A program made the translations under genes and the position numbers. A DNA stretch of 45,233 nt, from the sequence record OR594180. One strand, 5' to 3'. Below, piece by piece: positions 44,009 to 45,233 of the stretch. The stretch comes from Escherichia phage vB_EcoM_SHAK7693. A model generated the notes under the pieces. It was not told the origin of the DNA, made no database searches, and saw only the letters and a list, made by a program, of their open reading frames with translations. The first letter of the stretch is position 1; each line of letters opens with the position of its first letter.

Positions 44009-44179
44009 ATGTTCAGTGACATCAACGCAGCAATCGAAGAAGCAATCTGGCGTCGCTACAACGGTGAGCAACAGCGGCACTTCTGCCTGGTGCAACGCGG
44101 TAACATGGTTGCGGTAGTGCAGGACCGCGATAACAAGTATCCGAATGCGATGTGGACGACGAGGAATTTCGTAGGATGA
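44009..44179 (+). CDS. hypothetical small protein (56 aa)
   Basis: RBS GTGGGG before ATG 44009. Confidence 0.35.
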   Translation: MFSDINAAIEEAIWRRYNGEQQRHFCLVQRGNMVAVVQDRDNKYPNAMWTTRNFVG

Positions 44180-44412
44180 TTACCAGCATTCCGAACCTGA
44201 TTAAAGAATTCGGCACGATGGCCGAGACATGCCGACAAACCGGCATCAACGAAATGACCATCGCCAAATACAGTAAAGACGTCGATTGCGAGCGCCATGT
44301 AATTTATAACAATCGTCTGATGACGCACGTTAAGACAAGCCCGGTGTTATTCACGCGCCGGGGTATCACTAAAACAGAGCAACGTATTGCTAAAGAGGAG
44401 AGTGAGGAGTGA
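44176..44412 (+). CDS. small HTH-like protein (78 aa)
   Basis: AETCRQTGINEMTIAKY helix-turn-helix-like; ATGA overlap. Confidence 0.35.
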   Translation: MITSIPNLIKEFGTMAETCRQTGINEMTIAKYSKDVDCERHVIYNNRLMTHVKTSPVLFTRRGITKTEQRIAKEESEE

Positions 44413-44563
44413 AAAAGTTAACTGTCTACTGGAAAACCGGCGCTACGTCAGAACTCGATGTTTTCAGTGTAACGCAGTGTGAGAAGTTCTGGTGCGCAGA
44501 AACATTCAACGGAGAAGTGAGAATACCAATCGCACTGGTAGACGGCGGCGATATAACCGAATA
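44408..44563 (+). CDS. hypothetical small protein (51 aa)
   Basis: GTG start overlapping previous stop (GTGA); hand-translated. Confidence 0.3.
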
Positions 44564-44573
44564 GTCACACCAC

Positions 44574-44598
44574 AAGCCCTCTACGGAGGGCTTTTCTG
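44574..44598 (+). terminator. rho-independent terminator
   Basis: AGCCCTC-TACG-GAGGGCT then TTTCTGT. Confidence 0.5.
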
Positions 44599-44691
44599 TA
44601 CATCCTGCCTAATCCCCTTATATAATCCCTTTAGACGCGTAGGGCGCGTCTGGTGCGCTCTGATGGTCAGACGCATATGCAAGGGGGTTCT

Positions 44692-45233
44692 ATGAAGCTG
44701 AAACTTAAGCGGCCATCGCCAGAGGTGGTGCAAGCTGCGCATGAAGAAGCTGTTAGCGCAAACCGTCGCCGTAAACGACCGCGCGGTAAACAGAGTCTTT
44801 ATCAATCATCCCGTAATTCCGCCGCGCTGTGGGACCCGGACTATTGCGACGCGTTAATCGAGTTCTTCGACCGCACGTCTTGGGAGCTTGTGCCTACGTC
44901 CAAGGGTGACGAACGCCCGCTGATTCAGGATAAGCCCCCGTCACTGGCCCGCTTCGCCTTACACATCGGCGTAACTATCCCTATTATTAAGCTGTGGTTG
45001 CGTGAGATTCCGGCGTTTGCAGAAGCCTATGAAACCGCTCAGGCGCTGGAAGAGGCGTATTTCACTGAGACAGGCGCTGCCGGTATCTCCGCTACGTTTG
45101 CTGCGGTTAAGCTGGGCTTAAGCAAAGAGAAACCTGTTGAATCCTCCGAAGAAACTGCGCCGACTGAGATTGTGTTCACCGTAGCGGAGCCGGTAGGTAA
45201 AATCGTTACCACGAACATGGGTGAGGTAGGGGA
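44692..45233 (+). CDS. putative terminase small subunit (3'-truncated by window end)
   Basis: RBS AAGGGGG; HTH-like ARFALHIGVTIPIIKLWLREIPAF; last gene before terL assuming a circularly permuted genome. Confidence 0.45.
   Translation, partial: MKLKLKRPSPEVVQAAHEEAVSANRRRKRPRGKQSLYQSSRNSAALWDPDYCDALIEFFDRTSWELVPTSKGDERPLIQDKPPSLARFALHIGVTIPIIKLWLREIPAFAEAYETAQALEEAYFTETGAAGISATFAAVKLGLSKEKPVESSEETAPTEIVFTVAEPVGKIVTTNMGEVG

Noticed and set aside
1-45233. CRISPR array or integrase/attachment site
   Set aside because: No regularly spaced repeat-spacer array and no tyrosine or serine recombinase ORF was seen; repeats present are promoter elements and short tandem duplications.

Overview
The window looks like most of the genome of a lytic, siphovirus-type tailed phage of an enterobacterial host; no integrase or lysogeny module is visible. 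All calls rest on reading the translated ORFs and the DNA by eye; no database search or alignment was run. Plus strand, left to right: terminase large subunit, portal, head morphogenesis protein, an Rz/Rz1-like spanin pair, scaffold, major capsid protein, Ig-like decoration-type proteins, connector and tail completion proteins, major tail protein, tail chaperone with a -1 frameshift extension, tape measure protein, distal tail proteins, a J-like tip protein and a beta-helix tailspike. Minus strand, 25.4-38.4 kb: a replication module (SNF2 helicase, C5-methyltransferase-like protein, VRR-NUC nuclease, family A DNA polymerase, SSB-like protein, HNH homing endonuclease, DUF2800-like nuclease, primase/helicase). 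Plus strand, 38.8-45.2 kb: small early-type genes, a lysis cassette (two membrane proteins and a lysozyme) and a 3'-truncated putative terminase small subunit. The most notable observations are: (1) a perfect 31-bp tandem duplication that splits the endolysin gene; (2) a 173-aa antisense moron that is a truncated DnaN (beta sliding clamp) homolog; (3) an HslV/proteasome-like Ntn-hydrolase just upstream of the holin; (4) an antisense accessory island between the major tail protein and chaperone genes encoding an HTH-fused metallophosphoesterase; (5) two families of highly conserved promoter-like elements sharing a GAATAGT/ACTATTC half-site. Coordinates of promoters, terminators and sub-60-aa ORFs were derived by hand and may be off by a few bases.
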